From contig CM082588.2 in NCBI GenBank assembly GCA_040954595.2, positions 9,222,844 to 9,286,843 on the forward strand: 64,000 nucleotides of DNA, given 5' to 3'. Position 1 is the first letter of the stretch; the number at the start of each line of letters is the position of its first letter. The notes under the pieces were generated by a model. The model searched no databases. It was not told where the DNA came from and saw only the letters and a list, made by a program, of their open reading frames with translations. The stretch is from Balanoglossus misakiensis (Eukaryota > Animalia > Hemichordata). The position numbers and the translations under genes are program-made. Shown piece by piece: positions 1 through 13,900 of the stretch.

Positions 1-200
1 GCGCTAAGTACATGTATCTTGCCCAGATTTTGGTCTAAGTAATATCGTACTCTGGAAAGTATATTTTCTGTCAACGCGTGAAATGCCTCGGTGAGAAACT
101 TTCCTGTGAATTCAATTTGTGACATTCAATATAATTCACCAGGGCAGCTTCAAATTAAATTGCATAAAACCAAGGAAGAATGTCTTCATTTATTTTCTAG

Positions 201-2523
201 ATCAGTTTCGATGCTTCCAAAGTGGCAACTGCTTGCCCGGACAATGTGTATGTGACGGCCATTTTGACTGTGGTGATGGAGACATTTCTGATGAACAGGG
301 ATGCAGTGAAGGCTGCGGAGAAATTATTTTTGATGACAGAGGTACTATCTCCAGTCCAGGCCATCCGAACGATTACAGCAACTTCCAAGACTGCTGGTGG
401 ACGATATCTGGGCCACCCAAGTCCAAGATAGTGGTCACGGTGAGACATTACATTGGTTCATACGGTATTTCTGTATATCATATTATCACAAAATGGCTCC
501 AATTAGTTTATTATCACATGTCATTGGTGAAAAGAATAAATTGAATCGGACCTAGATAAGACCAACTCAAACAAAGTACCCAGGCTACAATGGGATGTTA
601 ACTTGTGCGGTAGCAATTGGTGATTATGAAAGTTCTTTTTTTCCACAAAACAGCGTAAATAATATCTCATTGTGATAAGGCCAAAATAAAAAAATGTGCT
701 GTTCCGATTACCCGACATACCCTAATAATAACCCACCGACCCTTAACTTTTAGCGCTTCGTAAACCCGGAAGTAAAAATAACGATGTCAAATATACAAAA
801 TTTATGAAAATTGTGCGAATCATGCGAGAACGATGACGAAATCGTGCGCATCACTATGACGTCAACGGCTGCCAAAGATATAACCTACCCCTTTTATAAT
901 ACTCTGTAATCGGAACAGCACATATTATTTTTGGGCCTTAGCGGTGGTGCGGGGTTGTGCTAAGCATTTGTTACGGTATCTCCTCAAATGCTGCCTATAC
1001 GTATCTGATCACGAACCACATTCTTTCTTCATGCCTATAGGTTTTGCAGTTTGAAACTGAAAGTTATCACGACAGCTTAGAAGTGATCGATGGACCAACG
1101 TATGACCACCAGAATTTGCTCAGCGCACACAGTGGTAGCATTATCCCTACCATTCCAATATCATCCAGCAATACAATTATGCTACGATTTACCAGCGACC
1201 ACTCAATTGTGTACACGGGATTTGTGATATTTTGGAAAGCAGGTAAAACATTCTGAACTTTCAGTTGTGTCCACACACACAAATTTTTATGTATAGGCGC
1301 TGAGGTTCATTCCCATAGACAATGGGTTGCGGAGAGGTGTTTATCCTTACACCGGCTCAGGTCTGGCCGGCAAAGCCGTCTCAAATCTGAGTCGTTTCAG
1401 GGCCACTTAGGCTGCATTCACAAACACCTCTGGAGGGGGGGGGGAGAATTGAGGGGTGGGGGGAATTTGAAAAAATTGAGGGTATGTAAGGGGGGGATTT
1501 GAAATAATTTAGGGACTGAAAGGGGGGTCTTGAAAACTTTGACGACTAAATATTTATTTTGAGTCCACTAAAATGCAGTTTCGCGCCCTTAATTTTACAA
1601 AATTTTCTAATGTGTGAGGGGGACACACCCTCCCACACCCACCCCCTCCATTCATCAACACCTTTCAATCATTGACTGATTTATCTAGTGTCCCAGGTCA
1701 GGGGACTTGCCCCCACCCCATGATAACTTTGAGCGGCGACGGTTAAATTTGTCCTCCCCAACATACCGGTAGTTGAGTTAATTTGCTTTTGCCGGGTTCA
1801 TTAAAATGCAGCTTTGAGCTCTGTATTTTATAACATTTTCTTACGTGGGAGGGGGACACCCCCTCCCAAACCCACCCCCTTCAATTCTCGGTTTACAATG
1901 TCTCCCAACACAGAATACAAATACTTAAAAAATAAAAACAATGTTCAGTTTTAATACCCACTGATGAGGGGAAACATCAGTTTCAAAATCTTTTCATGGG
2001 AACGCTGTTTCTCTTTTTTACAAGATATATGTGTTTTGCTCTGTGAAAGAAAATGGGGGGGGGATTTCAAAATTTTGGCAGTACGGAAGGGGGGGATTTG
2101 AAAATATTTCGGGTTGTGTACGGGGGGCATGTGAAAATTAGCAGTAAAAAATTGAATTCTCCCGCCCCCCCCCCCTCCAGAGGTGTTTGTGAATGCAGCC
2201 TTAAACGCCAGTATTTGATCTGAGACATTTCAGAAATGAAATGTCTCTTAATGGTCCCTGTGTGACCCCATATGATGTTGGCCAATTGGCAATCTCCTCA
2301 CACAGCCAGCCCGAGAATTCTACTAATCCTTGACTGAAGTGGACAGTCCTTTATCTCCTGTACAGGTTTTATGGTACATGTACTTAGGCTGGTGTGAATA
2401 CAGAAAGAACTAGTTGGAATTGTATGCAATACGCAAGTGGTACCAAAATCATTCAAAGATTTCATCGAAACTTTGGACAGCATAATGATAATGAGAGGCA
2501 GGTGGTGGGCGGGCGGGCGGCCG

Positions 2524-2559
<36 letters not shown>

Positions 2560-4676
2560 GGCACGCACCGTCGCACGCAAAGAGACAGATTGACAAGCAG
2601 ACATGCAGAGACAGACACTGCATTTTCGTCTAATTTGTAATATTTCCGTCAGAGTTACTCCATTTCTCAGAGAAGGAAAGTATAATTTGACACTTTATTA
2701 TAAGCTGTTTACATGTCTTTCATATTCTGTCTAGTTACGTTTGAGTGTGGAGGTGAAGTCATTGCACATCCATTTTATCAAAATTTGACAAGTACGGGAT
2801 TTTCGTCCGGGTCGAATTATCTAAATAACGAAGAATGTGAATGGTTAATCACTGCGTACGATTCGACAAGTATATTAACCCTTCAGGTATGCAATTGCTA
2901 TTTCAGATAATTATTATTATTATTATAAATTTTATTTCAGGATACACATACACGTATTTTACAAATACCAATATCATCCCATAAAACACACATAAAACAC
3001 AGACAAATAGTCAAAAACCCTTAAAAACGGGGACTGACATAAAACATTAAAAATCTAAAAATACATCACAATTCTATACGTGGCTTGAAAGCACGCGTAC
3101 AAACACTTACACACGTGTGTATAAAATGAAGTCTAAATTTATCCAAAGCCTATTCTATATACAAAAGACGAAAAGACGGAAACGAATCAGTTCGTGCACT
3201 CTCATAATAAACGCGGATTCAAAAGCATATTCTGCGCATTTTAATAACGTTGGTCCACATATTGTAGATGTATAACTTTGCAGCTTTTACGTTCACATTG
3301 CTCATGTCACATAAAGTAAACACTTCAGGTACAATTGCATAAATATGGACATTTTCCAGTTTTTGTCCTTCGAAACTGAGACGAACAAAGATATTGTATA
3401 CATCAATGACGGCGGCAGTCCACAAGCTGAGAACAGAATAGCAGAACTGTCTGGGTTCTCCCTCCCGGAAGTACTTATAAGTACCGGAAGTGATCTTGGT
3501 GTTTTGTTTGTCCCTGATGCTAGCGGTGTCTATGCTGGTTTCCGTGCAATATATAAAGCAGGTATGTTACATAAATCAGGACATACAAGTTTACAACTCT
3601 ATAATCCCCCTTTTTCACCTATTTCAAGATAAAGGCTTTAATTGCATAAAGGTCGAGCGCACTCATACACACACTTACACACGTGTGTATGACAATAGCT
3701 GAAATTTATTGGTAAATAACATTTGACGCCCGCCACATTCTGAAATTCCGTAAATACACCAATCGGGAACATGTATAAATTAACTTTTAAGCGTTTGTGA
3801 CTGCTTTGGTTTCAGGATGTGAAGACATCAGACTGTTTCAGAGTTCTGGAATAATACAAACACCGGGTTATGGCCTGACAACATATCCTCCATCAACGAG
3901 TTGCTCATGGCAAATCATTGAGCCGAATGGACACCCTGTTACACTAATCTTTGACAGCAAGTTTGGACTTGAACAAAACAGTGATGGCGACTATCTAATT
4001 GTAATTATAACAGCCTATTTTTCTGGCGTCATCTCTTGTATTTTCGCAAATTGATTGCAGGCACAAGTTGTATATCATGCTTCCTGTTTTTTATGCACGA
4101 ATATATGCATTTGAACTCAATGAGAGGATTTGTGAGTGACATGACTCTCCACTCTTCGGAAATCTCGCCGATATAAGGCCAATAAACTAACATATGCTGT
4201 TCCGATTACAAAAAATATAGTAGGTAGGTAGGGAATTTTTTCCTCAATTTTTTTTATTTATCTGGCCGCTGTAGTGTAGAAGAATGGCGTCATAGTTCTT
4301 GCGTGATGCGCGCGATTCGCGCAATTTTCATAGATTTTGTATATTTGACATCGTTATTATTACTTCCGTGTTTACGAAGCTCTAAAAAGTGAAGGGTCGC
4401 CGCGTTAAAATTAGGGTAAGTCGGGTAATCGGAATAGCACATATTCTTTGTTTTGGCCTGACGTTAAAATGTCATTATTTTTTTATCTGTAGGTTTTTAA
4501 TGGCACTGACGAAACGGGAGAAAGTCTGACGGGAGTGTATTCGGGAAATGCTGCTAGCAGTGCCGATGGAATAATACCACCAAGTCCATTGCGATCTAAC
4601 ACTGGGAAACTGTTTGTCAAATTTAGCACCAATCAGCTGAGGTCTGGTATTGGATTTAGAGCGCGTTTCTCAAAAG
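201..4676 (+). CDS. Exons 1-6 of the giant gene: LDLa repeat plus three CUB domains
   Basis: Translations: FRCFQSGNCLPGQCVCDGHFDCGDGDISDEQGC (LDLa); CGEIIFDDRGTISSPGHPNDYSNFQDCWWTI...FETESYHDSLEV...FTSDHSIVYTGF; CGGEV...YLNNEECEWLI...FETETNKDIVYI; CEDIRLFQSSGIIQTPGY...CSWQI...LFVKFSTNQLRSGIGFRARF. Each CUB is split by a phase-0 intron. Confidence 0.9.
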
Positions 4677-4930
4677 GTATGTAGTGCAAAAAGAATGATC
4701 AGCAGTTAATTTGGACAGGTTTTAATATCAGCTGTAATTTCCACAGCCTTGCTGAGCTCGTTGTGAAATCCATTCGAAATGATACTAGTAGCCTACCGTT
4801 AATTAGGCCAGCAGAGGCGCTACATTCATAGAAATAAACCTGGTTATTAATGTCATGTCAGCGTGTTTGTTTTGACACCACCACCACCACTATCACCATC
4901 GCCACCACTAACACCACCACCACCACCACC

Positions 4931-4962
<32 letters not shown>

Positions 4963-7900
4963 CAACAACAACAACGACGACGACAACAACAACAACAAAA
5001 ACAACCAATTAAACAATCGAGATAAAATAAATTGTTGCATTGTCCAATATTTATGGACTGATGCATAACTACTGAGCCATTGACACCATCTATTTCTTTA
5101 CTAATCTCATCAATCCACCAGATTGTCCAGAACTGTTGGTCACTCCTGAAACGATATTGAGCACACAGAGTCGCGCGTACGGCGTCGTGATTGATTTTAG
5201 CTGCATTTATGGATACGAGTTGGTTACATACAATGTGTCAACCATAATCTGTGAATATGGAGGCCAATGGAATTTCAAGTCAACCGATCTTCTACCAACG
5301 TGTCTTCGTAAGTTGTCCACAATAGCAGAAACTTGGTCCGCTTGATACACGGAGGATGTTAAAGGGACAAAGTCTCTCTCTCGCTGCCCTTACTGTACAT
5401 GTGAATATATAGTGAATGAACATTCAACCACACACACCTTCCATCCCTTGTAAATGAATAATCGGTCTCTACCATTTATTCACTATTGGCGAGTTTTTAC
5501 TCTCATATCATACAAGCGGGATTGAAGTTGTGTGTGGTCGAACGTTCATTCACTACATGACACATAAATATAAACAGTGCCTTGTATCAAACATAATCAA
5601 GGGCAAAAGGGCAGCGAGAGAGAGACTTTGTCCCTTTAAATGTGTTGAATGTTGTGTGTTAAACATGGAATTATCCGTGATTATACACTGTGACAAGATA
5701 CCACTACGCCATATACAAATGTGATTGTCGCATTTTAGTCAGTTTTGTTTGCCACAAGGTAACATCCTCATTCTATATTTTATGACGATTGATAACAGAA
5801 TTAATGCAATGTAAAACAAAACTATGGTACAGCCTGTTGTCATACTATTCAATTACAGACTATTAGACTAAAGTCACACAAATGTTTTAATGTCTGGTTT
5901 TTCACGTATCAGACATTTTTCAATGTCTATTTCCACCATTTTCACACCATCTACAGAATCTAAAAGTTACATCATATAAACATGTCCTGGGTCATTTTGG
6001 TGTATTCATTAACGATTGCAAGCCATGAAAAGCCCACATATGCCCGTTTACATAACTACATATTATGTACTTGACGTATTACATTTATTCAGTTCTCTCT
6101 GATTTCGTGTGACATCATCAATACCAGTTGTTATCTGGAGATTGATAAATTAAAAATAAACAGTATTCCAACAATAAACATCAGCTGTCACACCTTGGCT
6201 TGCAATCGTTGACAATGCCGTCGATGTCCAAACTTACATATGCATTGATTTCAATTAATGTTCACTGCAATGAAACCGCGCAGGTGTATTCTGTTCACAA
6301 CCTGAGCAAATCGCCAATGGAAACCTCAACGGAGTTACAAGCCAAATGTACCTGGGTGTCGCTTCATACCACTGCATGGATGGTTATGTATTTGCCCGAC
6401 AAAATGTGACTGAAATGACTTGCCAGGCCAATGGGCAATGGGGTCCTGAAGTGCCGCAGTGTTTAGGTAGGACATGTTCACATTTTCTTTGCCACAGCTA
6501 CCCAATGACATGTTACTATTGAAGGGATCAGATACGTGATATGATCTAAAGGACATTTCTGTTGAGGGTGAAATGGAGATAAATGTTCTAAAAGTCATGT
6601 TAGGTGATTTTTTTAGTATGCAACCATTCAGGTTGTCAGTCTCTTTCGCAGCCATGTTTCCATTAATTATGTTTGATACAAGACACCGTTTATGTTAATG
6701 TACATGTAGATATATTGTGAATCAACGTTCGACCACACACAACTTCCATCCCGTTTGTAGGGTATGAGAGTAAAAATCTCACCAAAATAAATAAATGGTA
6801 AACACCAATTATTCATTGTGGCGAGTTTTTTTACTTTCGTGTCTACAGTTGGGATGGAAGTTATGTGTGGTCGAACGTTGATTTACTATATATACACATG
6901 TAGAATAACATAAATGTTGTCTTGTATCAAACATAATTATGGAAAAAGGGCTGTGAGAGAGAGACTTACAGTTCAAACCTATGCCTTTTCCAAAAGAAAA
7001 CAACATATTGGAATCCACAAGTATCTCATGCTCTTGGGATTAATCGATATGTGTTTCATTTCTTTTCTTTTTTGACGGCATCTAGAAGTCACATGTCAAT
7101 ATATCCCTGGGACTGATATAGTTCAAGTTACTGCTGTGAATAAAAGCCAACATTTTGTCTTCGGTGACATCATTGACTACATCTGTCCGGAGGGATATGA
7201 CGTCATAGGCTACACTACCGCTACCTGCATGGGAGATGGTTCGTGGTCGAGTGACCCGCCGTTCTGTCAATGTGAGTGAAAGGTCGATTTAAGCGGAGCT
7301 GGAGCTTAGAGAGATGGGTAATTTTTTCAAAGAGCAATACATCAAGCGATATCGTTGGCCATATAGGCATTTTATTCTGTAATTTAATAGCTACAGGCAT
7401 TATATTGTGTTCTGACACATCGTCGCTACTTCAACCCGTTCCACCGTGGAACTGTTACACATCTCCTGGTGCAAACCAATTTTGTAGCGGTTGTTATGCT
7501 ATCATTCTTTAGACATTACTCTGCATGTGACAGCTACCAAGGCGCCTCTCACGAATTCCCGGGACTTTTAGCCACGCATGAATCACTAGAAGATGACCAT
7601 TGGAATACGACGTGCCGCTGTGTCCCCGCTCAAATATCATTTAAAAAGGACTAGCGCTCACAATTATTATTGTTTTCTTATTCCAGTACGCAGTTGCAAA
7701 AGAATCGATCCCACGCCACCTAACACTTTTATTGTCGATGATGGTCCATACTACGTGGGAGATATTGTCTCATTTTCTTGCGCCAGTGGATACTCAATAC
7801 CTACAAATGGGTCCGATCAGCTAACATGCCTGACGAATGGAACCTGGGATGGGTCACCTCCAGTTTGTTTAGGTAAATGCAGAATACTTTTACTGAAAAA

Positions 7901-10900
7901 AATGAATCTAAGTGAAGACATTATTAAAGGGACAAAGTCTCTCTCTCGCTACTCTATTCCCTTCAATTATGTTTGATACTAGGCACCGTTTGTGTTATCC
8001 TTCATGTGGATATATAGTGAATCAACGTTCAACCACACACACCTTTCATCCCACTTGCAGACACAAGTGAAAAACTCGCCGAAATGAATAATCGTTCTTT
8101 ACCATTTATTCATTTTGGGTGAGTTTTTACTCTCATATCATTAACCACATATACACATGTACATTAGCATAAACGGTGTCTTGTATCAATCATAATAATG
8201 AAAACCGGTCAACGAGAGAGAGAGACTTTGTCCCCTTAACGTCACGTTTCTACAAAAAGGTGATAAACATGGCGGAGTCGTTAAATAATAACAGCAGAAA
8301 GTCTACGATTCTAGTATTTTGTCAAGGAAGACTGAATGTTTTCATCACACGACAATTCTCATTTCTCTTTCATCAAGATGTGAACGAGTGCAACAATGTT
8401 TCGTGTGGAAACAACTCCTTCTGTCGTAATTACAATGGAGGGTATTCCTGCGAGTGTTTCCATGGCTACCAATATCTGGATAAGAGCAATGCGACTTGTG
8501 AAGGTAACAATAAACATGTAATATCAGAAATTGTCTTTTTATAATATAGTTCCTTTACTATTTTATTGCGTTTTTATCTATGCTAACCCTTCTGTAGAAT
8601 TTCGTCAAAACTATGTAACGTACAATGAAGCACACTATTTATATCATAATTAGCTTCTCAATTGAATTCTTCATTAATTATAGTATCAGGCCAAAATAAA
8701 AAAAAATATTTGCTGTTCCGATTTCCCGACCTACCCTAATTTTAACCCGCCGACCCTAAACTTTTTAGAGCTTCGTAAACCCGGAAGTAAAAAAAAATAC
8801 CGATGTGAAATATACGAAATAGATGAAAATCGCGTGGATCACGCGAGAACTATGATGCCATTCTTCTACATTAAAAGTTAAAAAAAACCCGCAAAATAAA
8901 CAAAATTTCCTACCTATCTACCCTATTTTTGAAAACCATGTGATTGGAACAGCACATGTTATTTTCTTGGCCTGACATTTATTTTTCAGACATAGACGAG
9001 TGTAATACACCAGAATTAAATGAATGTAATCATATATGCCAGAATAGGCAAGGTGGATACCAGTGTTCATGCTATGAAGGATACCATTTAATGGGTTCTG
9101 TTGAAGGAGAGGACTACATTGGTAGCAGCCAATACGATGCTTTTGTCAGCAATGGACCTCAAGTCAACAGAACGTGTATTCGTAAGTTGACGATACTAGG
9201 CCCCAAATAAATATGTACTATTCCGATTACCCGACCTACCCTAATTTTAACTCGCTGACCCTAAACTTTTTAGAGATTCGTAAACCCGCAAGTAAAAATA
9301 ACAATGTCAAATATACAAAATTATGAAAATTGCTCGAATCACGCGAGAACAATGACGAAATCGCACGCACTGCGCAAGAACAATGACGTCATTCTTCTTC
9401 ACTACGGCGGCCAGAGAAATTTAAAAAAATCAAAATAAAAAATTCTCCCTACCTGCCTACCGCTTTTTTGAAAACCATGTAATCGGAACAGCTCATATTG
9501 TTTTTTGTCTTAGACAACTGTTTCATACTGCAAACAGAAATGTGCTCTTTACCTCGTGAAGCTAGTACTGCCAACACTGGATATACTCACAATTATCATT
9601 AGTGGGATAGCTAAGTATATTAACTAATCATAGAACATTTTAAGAGCTTAAACGATAATGTTCAAATGGTGTGTTAGAAATAGGATCGTAATTATTTTAT
9701 TTTGCAGCAATGGTGTGTGACCTTCCCATTGACGTTGAAAATGGAATCGCATACCAAAATCTAGCAAATCCATACCTCATCGGAAAGAATACAACCAAAG
9801 TTCTCCTAAACACGTCGATAGAAGTCATTTGTGACAGAGGTTATGAAGCAAATGGTACCTCGATCGTTATTTGCCAAAAAGACGGATTGTTTTCTGGTCC
9901 TCTTCCTACGTGTGTGGGTGAGTAGATGTCCCAATTTATTTGTACATGCATTGATGGTATAACCCTTACAACACCTCTGCACCGTTATATATTATTATTT
10001 TGCAATTGTTATGCTTAAACTCTTGCCGACCCAAGTACACCCAATATCTAACAACACTACGGTAAATTTCTATGTAAGTTGCCATTCAAAACAAATAATT
10101 GACGCTTCTAGCAGTAGAGAGCACACATAAACAACGATTGAACTTGTAGATTTATATATCATTTGATCGGAGATGTTAATGAAACAAATGAAACCACAAG
10201 GATCGGTGTCAAACTTTCTGATTGGCCCAACAACATTACAAATATGGAATGGTAGAAAATCAAGCCTTTGTTTATATGTGAGATCAAACGTAGATATACT
10301 TTTCTGTCGCACCAGAACATGTAGCTGTGATTTCTTGTTACACGTCTTTAATTACTTTCAGTTGCATCGTGTGGTGAACCTGAAAATATCAAAAATGGAT
10401 TCCACGTTATCAGTGACAGTAACATCTATCAAAGTAGAATAGATTATTTCTGCAACGAAGGATACTATCTTCATGGCAACAGATACCGGATATGTGATTA
10501 CAGTCCCACACAGGAAAAGTATGAATGGTCTGGCCTGACGCCCGAATGCAAACGTAAGAAACATTTTAGGTAGACGACTATACCCAAACGCAGTGCATGG
10601 TTATCACATGATAGCCTTACAATATTGAGAAAACAGTGTTGCAATAATTAATGTTATTAATTTCACAATAGTGCCACAAGAGAAGGATTATTAAATGCAT
10701 CAGTGCAGCATTTTGTATATTGATCAGTTGGGATGCGTTCATTGTTATGATTTTTAAACATTTTGGAATTAACTTGGAACCCCTGTTTTTTTATGTTTAT
10801 AGTTAACTGATACAGTTCCTGCTATGCATTAGCAAAAGTATCTATGGTCAAACACACACCGACACAGACATTTTTTGTATTTAGTTGTAGATTGCGGAGA

Positions 10901-13900
10901 GATTTCTCCCCCAAAATATGGTAACATAGTTAACATTGACAATGCAACTAGCTGGAACAGCGTTGTGTCCTTCAATTGCGACAGCAGATACTCTTTAATC
11001 GGATCTCAGTACCGTTACTGTCAATCAGATGGTACGTGGAATGGAACGATTGTGCATTGTATCTTTGTGGGTGAGTAAGATACCACTTATATAAACTCGC
11101 CAAAATGAATAATCGGTCTCTACCAGTTATTCATTTTGGCAAGATTTTTACTCTAATATCCTACACACGGGATGAAAGTTGTGTGTGGTCAAACGTTGAT
11201 TCACTATTTATTCACATGTAGAATAACATAAACGATGTCTTGTATCAAACATAATTAATGGAAAAACGGGCAGCGAGAGAGAGACTTTGTCCTTGTCAGG
11301 GCATCCTTAGTAACAAACTTCTGTGTGTACGGTTCACAGGTGACTGCTTTGATCCGGGTGTACCTCTTAATGGTCAGATTCTTGGTGGTTCCTTCACAGT
11401 AGGTTCAATGTTCAGGTTCACATGTAATCCTGGTTACGATTTGAGTGACGAATATCCTCTATTATGCTATCAGAACGGAGGCATTGTTACATCATCATCA
11501 ACATCATTTACAACAAGTCAAACGTCCTGGGAAGAAGATGTTGGCTCGACAAAACAGTTATATATTACCCCAACAAAGACATCGGTTGAAACTGCAACTT
11601 CTGATGGCCACTATACAGTCCAGAATAGTTATTCAGAAGTGGTTACTGGCGGAGACCTATACAACTTTTCAAAAAATATACACACAACAGTTGAGGCACA
11701 CTCTTCAGAAATGACTAAATACATAACTACCTCCCGAGAAATGATCCCTGCTACAGATGATAGGAAATCCACGGAAATGATTACCAGTGTTGCTCAAACT
11801 GCTGAAAAGTATATTGGTGCAGAAGACACTGAATTTGTCACTGCTTCAGACCAAAACCTATTCCCCGACTTTAACACGGGAGATCAGACTATCTCTACAG
11901 CACAACCTCATGAAACGGAAACATTTATTAGTAGATATATCCTTATCAATAGAACTGACTCATCAGAAATGACCGATGGCAATGACCTGACGCTCAACTC
12001 AGAAATAAATACTGCTACAGAACCCATTGACTATGACCAAATGGTTTCAACAATAGATCAATCAACCTCCGTTGAAGCTACAGAGAGGCTGTTAATCACC
12101 ACTAGTAAACATGAAACCACCTCACCAGAAATAATTACACCCATAGATGAAACGAACTCTTTAGTAATGACCACAGCCAAAGAACCAACTCTCTCATCTG
12201 AAGCCATTACAGTCACAGACCAAATGGACACTGTAGTCAATGGACACCCTCATCAAACTATCTCGTCTGAAATAATTACTTTTACAGGCGAAACAAACAC
12301 TCTGCTAGTAATGACTGGCACAGATAAATCTGTGATATCGGAAGCCATCACTACTACAAACCATCGCAACACGCAACTAATAACAATTACAGCACAACAA
12401 AGCAGATCCCCTGAAATGATTAATGCTGTAGACCAGGTGACCACAGGCAAAGGACAAACTATCTTGCCTGAAATAATTACTTCTACAGATGGAACAGACA
12501 TTCTACTAGTAACCGCTCGCACAGATCAAAGTATTTGGCCGGAAGCCATTACTGGTACAGAGCACCAGGATAGGGAAGAAATGATGACAAAGCAAAGTGT
12601 ATCCTCTGATACATTGTCTACCAAAGACCACCTACTTAAAGCTACCAGTAGAGATCAAACAATATCACATGAAACCATTACTTTAATGGATGAAACAGAC
12701 ACTCTGCAAAGGAACGCTAGCGCAGATCAAACTGTCTCACCCGAAACCTTTACTTCTGCTGATGGGACAAATTCTCTACTTATGACCATAGGCATAGATC
12801 AAACTACGTCGCCTGAAATAATCACTTCAACTGATGAAACGGACACTCCACTGATGGCAACTAGCACAGATCAAACTGCAGTACCTGAAACCTACACTAC
12901 TACTGATGGAACAGGTATTAGACTGATAACAACGACTACAGATTATACTGCAGTACCTGAAACCACCACTTCCAGTGATGGGACACGGACACTACAATTG
13001 ACCACTGGCACAGATCAAACTGCGGTACCTGAAGCCTTCACTTCAACTGATGGGACAGGGACTCTACTGCTGACCACTGGCACAGACCAAACTGTGGTAC
13101 CCGAAGCCTTCACTTCAACTGACGGGACAGGGACTCTACTGCTGACCACTGGCACAGACCAAACTGCGGTACCCGAAGCCTTCACTTCCACTGACGGGAC
13201 AGGGACTCTACTGCTGACCACTGGCACAGACCAAACTGCGGTACCCGAAGCCTTCACTTCAACTGACGGGACAGGGACTCTACTGCTGACCACTGGCACA
13301 GACCAAACTGCGGTACCCGAAGCCTTCACTTCCACTGACGGGACAGGGACTCTACTGCTGACCACTGGCACAGACCAAACTGCGGTACCTGAAGCCTTCA
13401 CTTCAACTGATGGGACAGGGACTCTACTGCTGACCACTGGCACAGACCAAACTGTGGTACCCGAAGCCTTCACTTCAACTGACGGGACAGGGACTCTACT
13501 GCTGACCACTGGCACAGACCAAACTGCGGTACCCGAAGCCTTCACTTCCACTGACGGGACAGGGACTCTACTGCTGACCACTGGCACAGACCAAACTGCG
13601 GTACCCGAAGCCTTCACTTCAACTGACGGGACAGGGACTCTACTGCTGACCACTGGCACAGACCAAACTGCGGTACCCGAAGCCTTCACTTCCACTGACG
13701 GGACAGGGACTCTACTGCTGACCACTGGCACAGACCAAACTGTGGTACCCGAAGCCTTCACTTCCACTGACGGGACAGGGACTCTACTGCTGACCACTGG
13801 CACAGACCAAACTGCGGTACCCGAAGCCTTCACTTCCACTGACGGGACAGGGACTCTACTGCTGACCACTGGCACAGACCAAACTGTGGTACCCGAAGCC

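Noticed and set aside
4850-5068. Poly-T/N, poly-L/V ORFs, and poly-M/S/H ORFs at 26854-27095
   Set aside because: Translations of intronic trinucleotide microsatellites.
11258-11339. N-terminus MEKRAARERLCP of the 4355-aa ORF as a real start
   Set aside because: It is translated from the TIR of a family B element; the same peptide recurs at 5530-5724 and 33327. The true exon begins at the 11340 acceptor.
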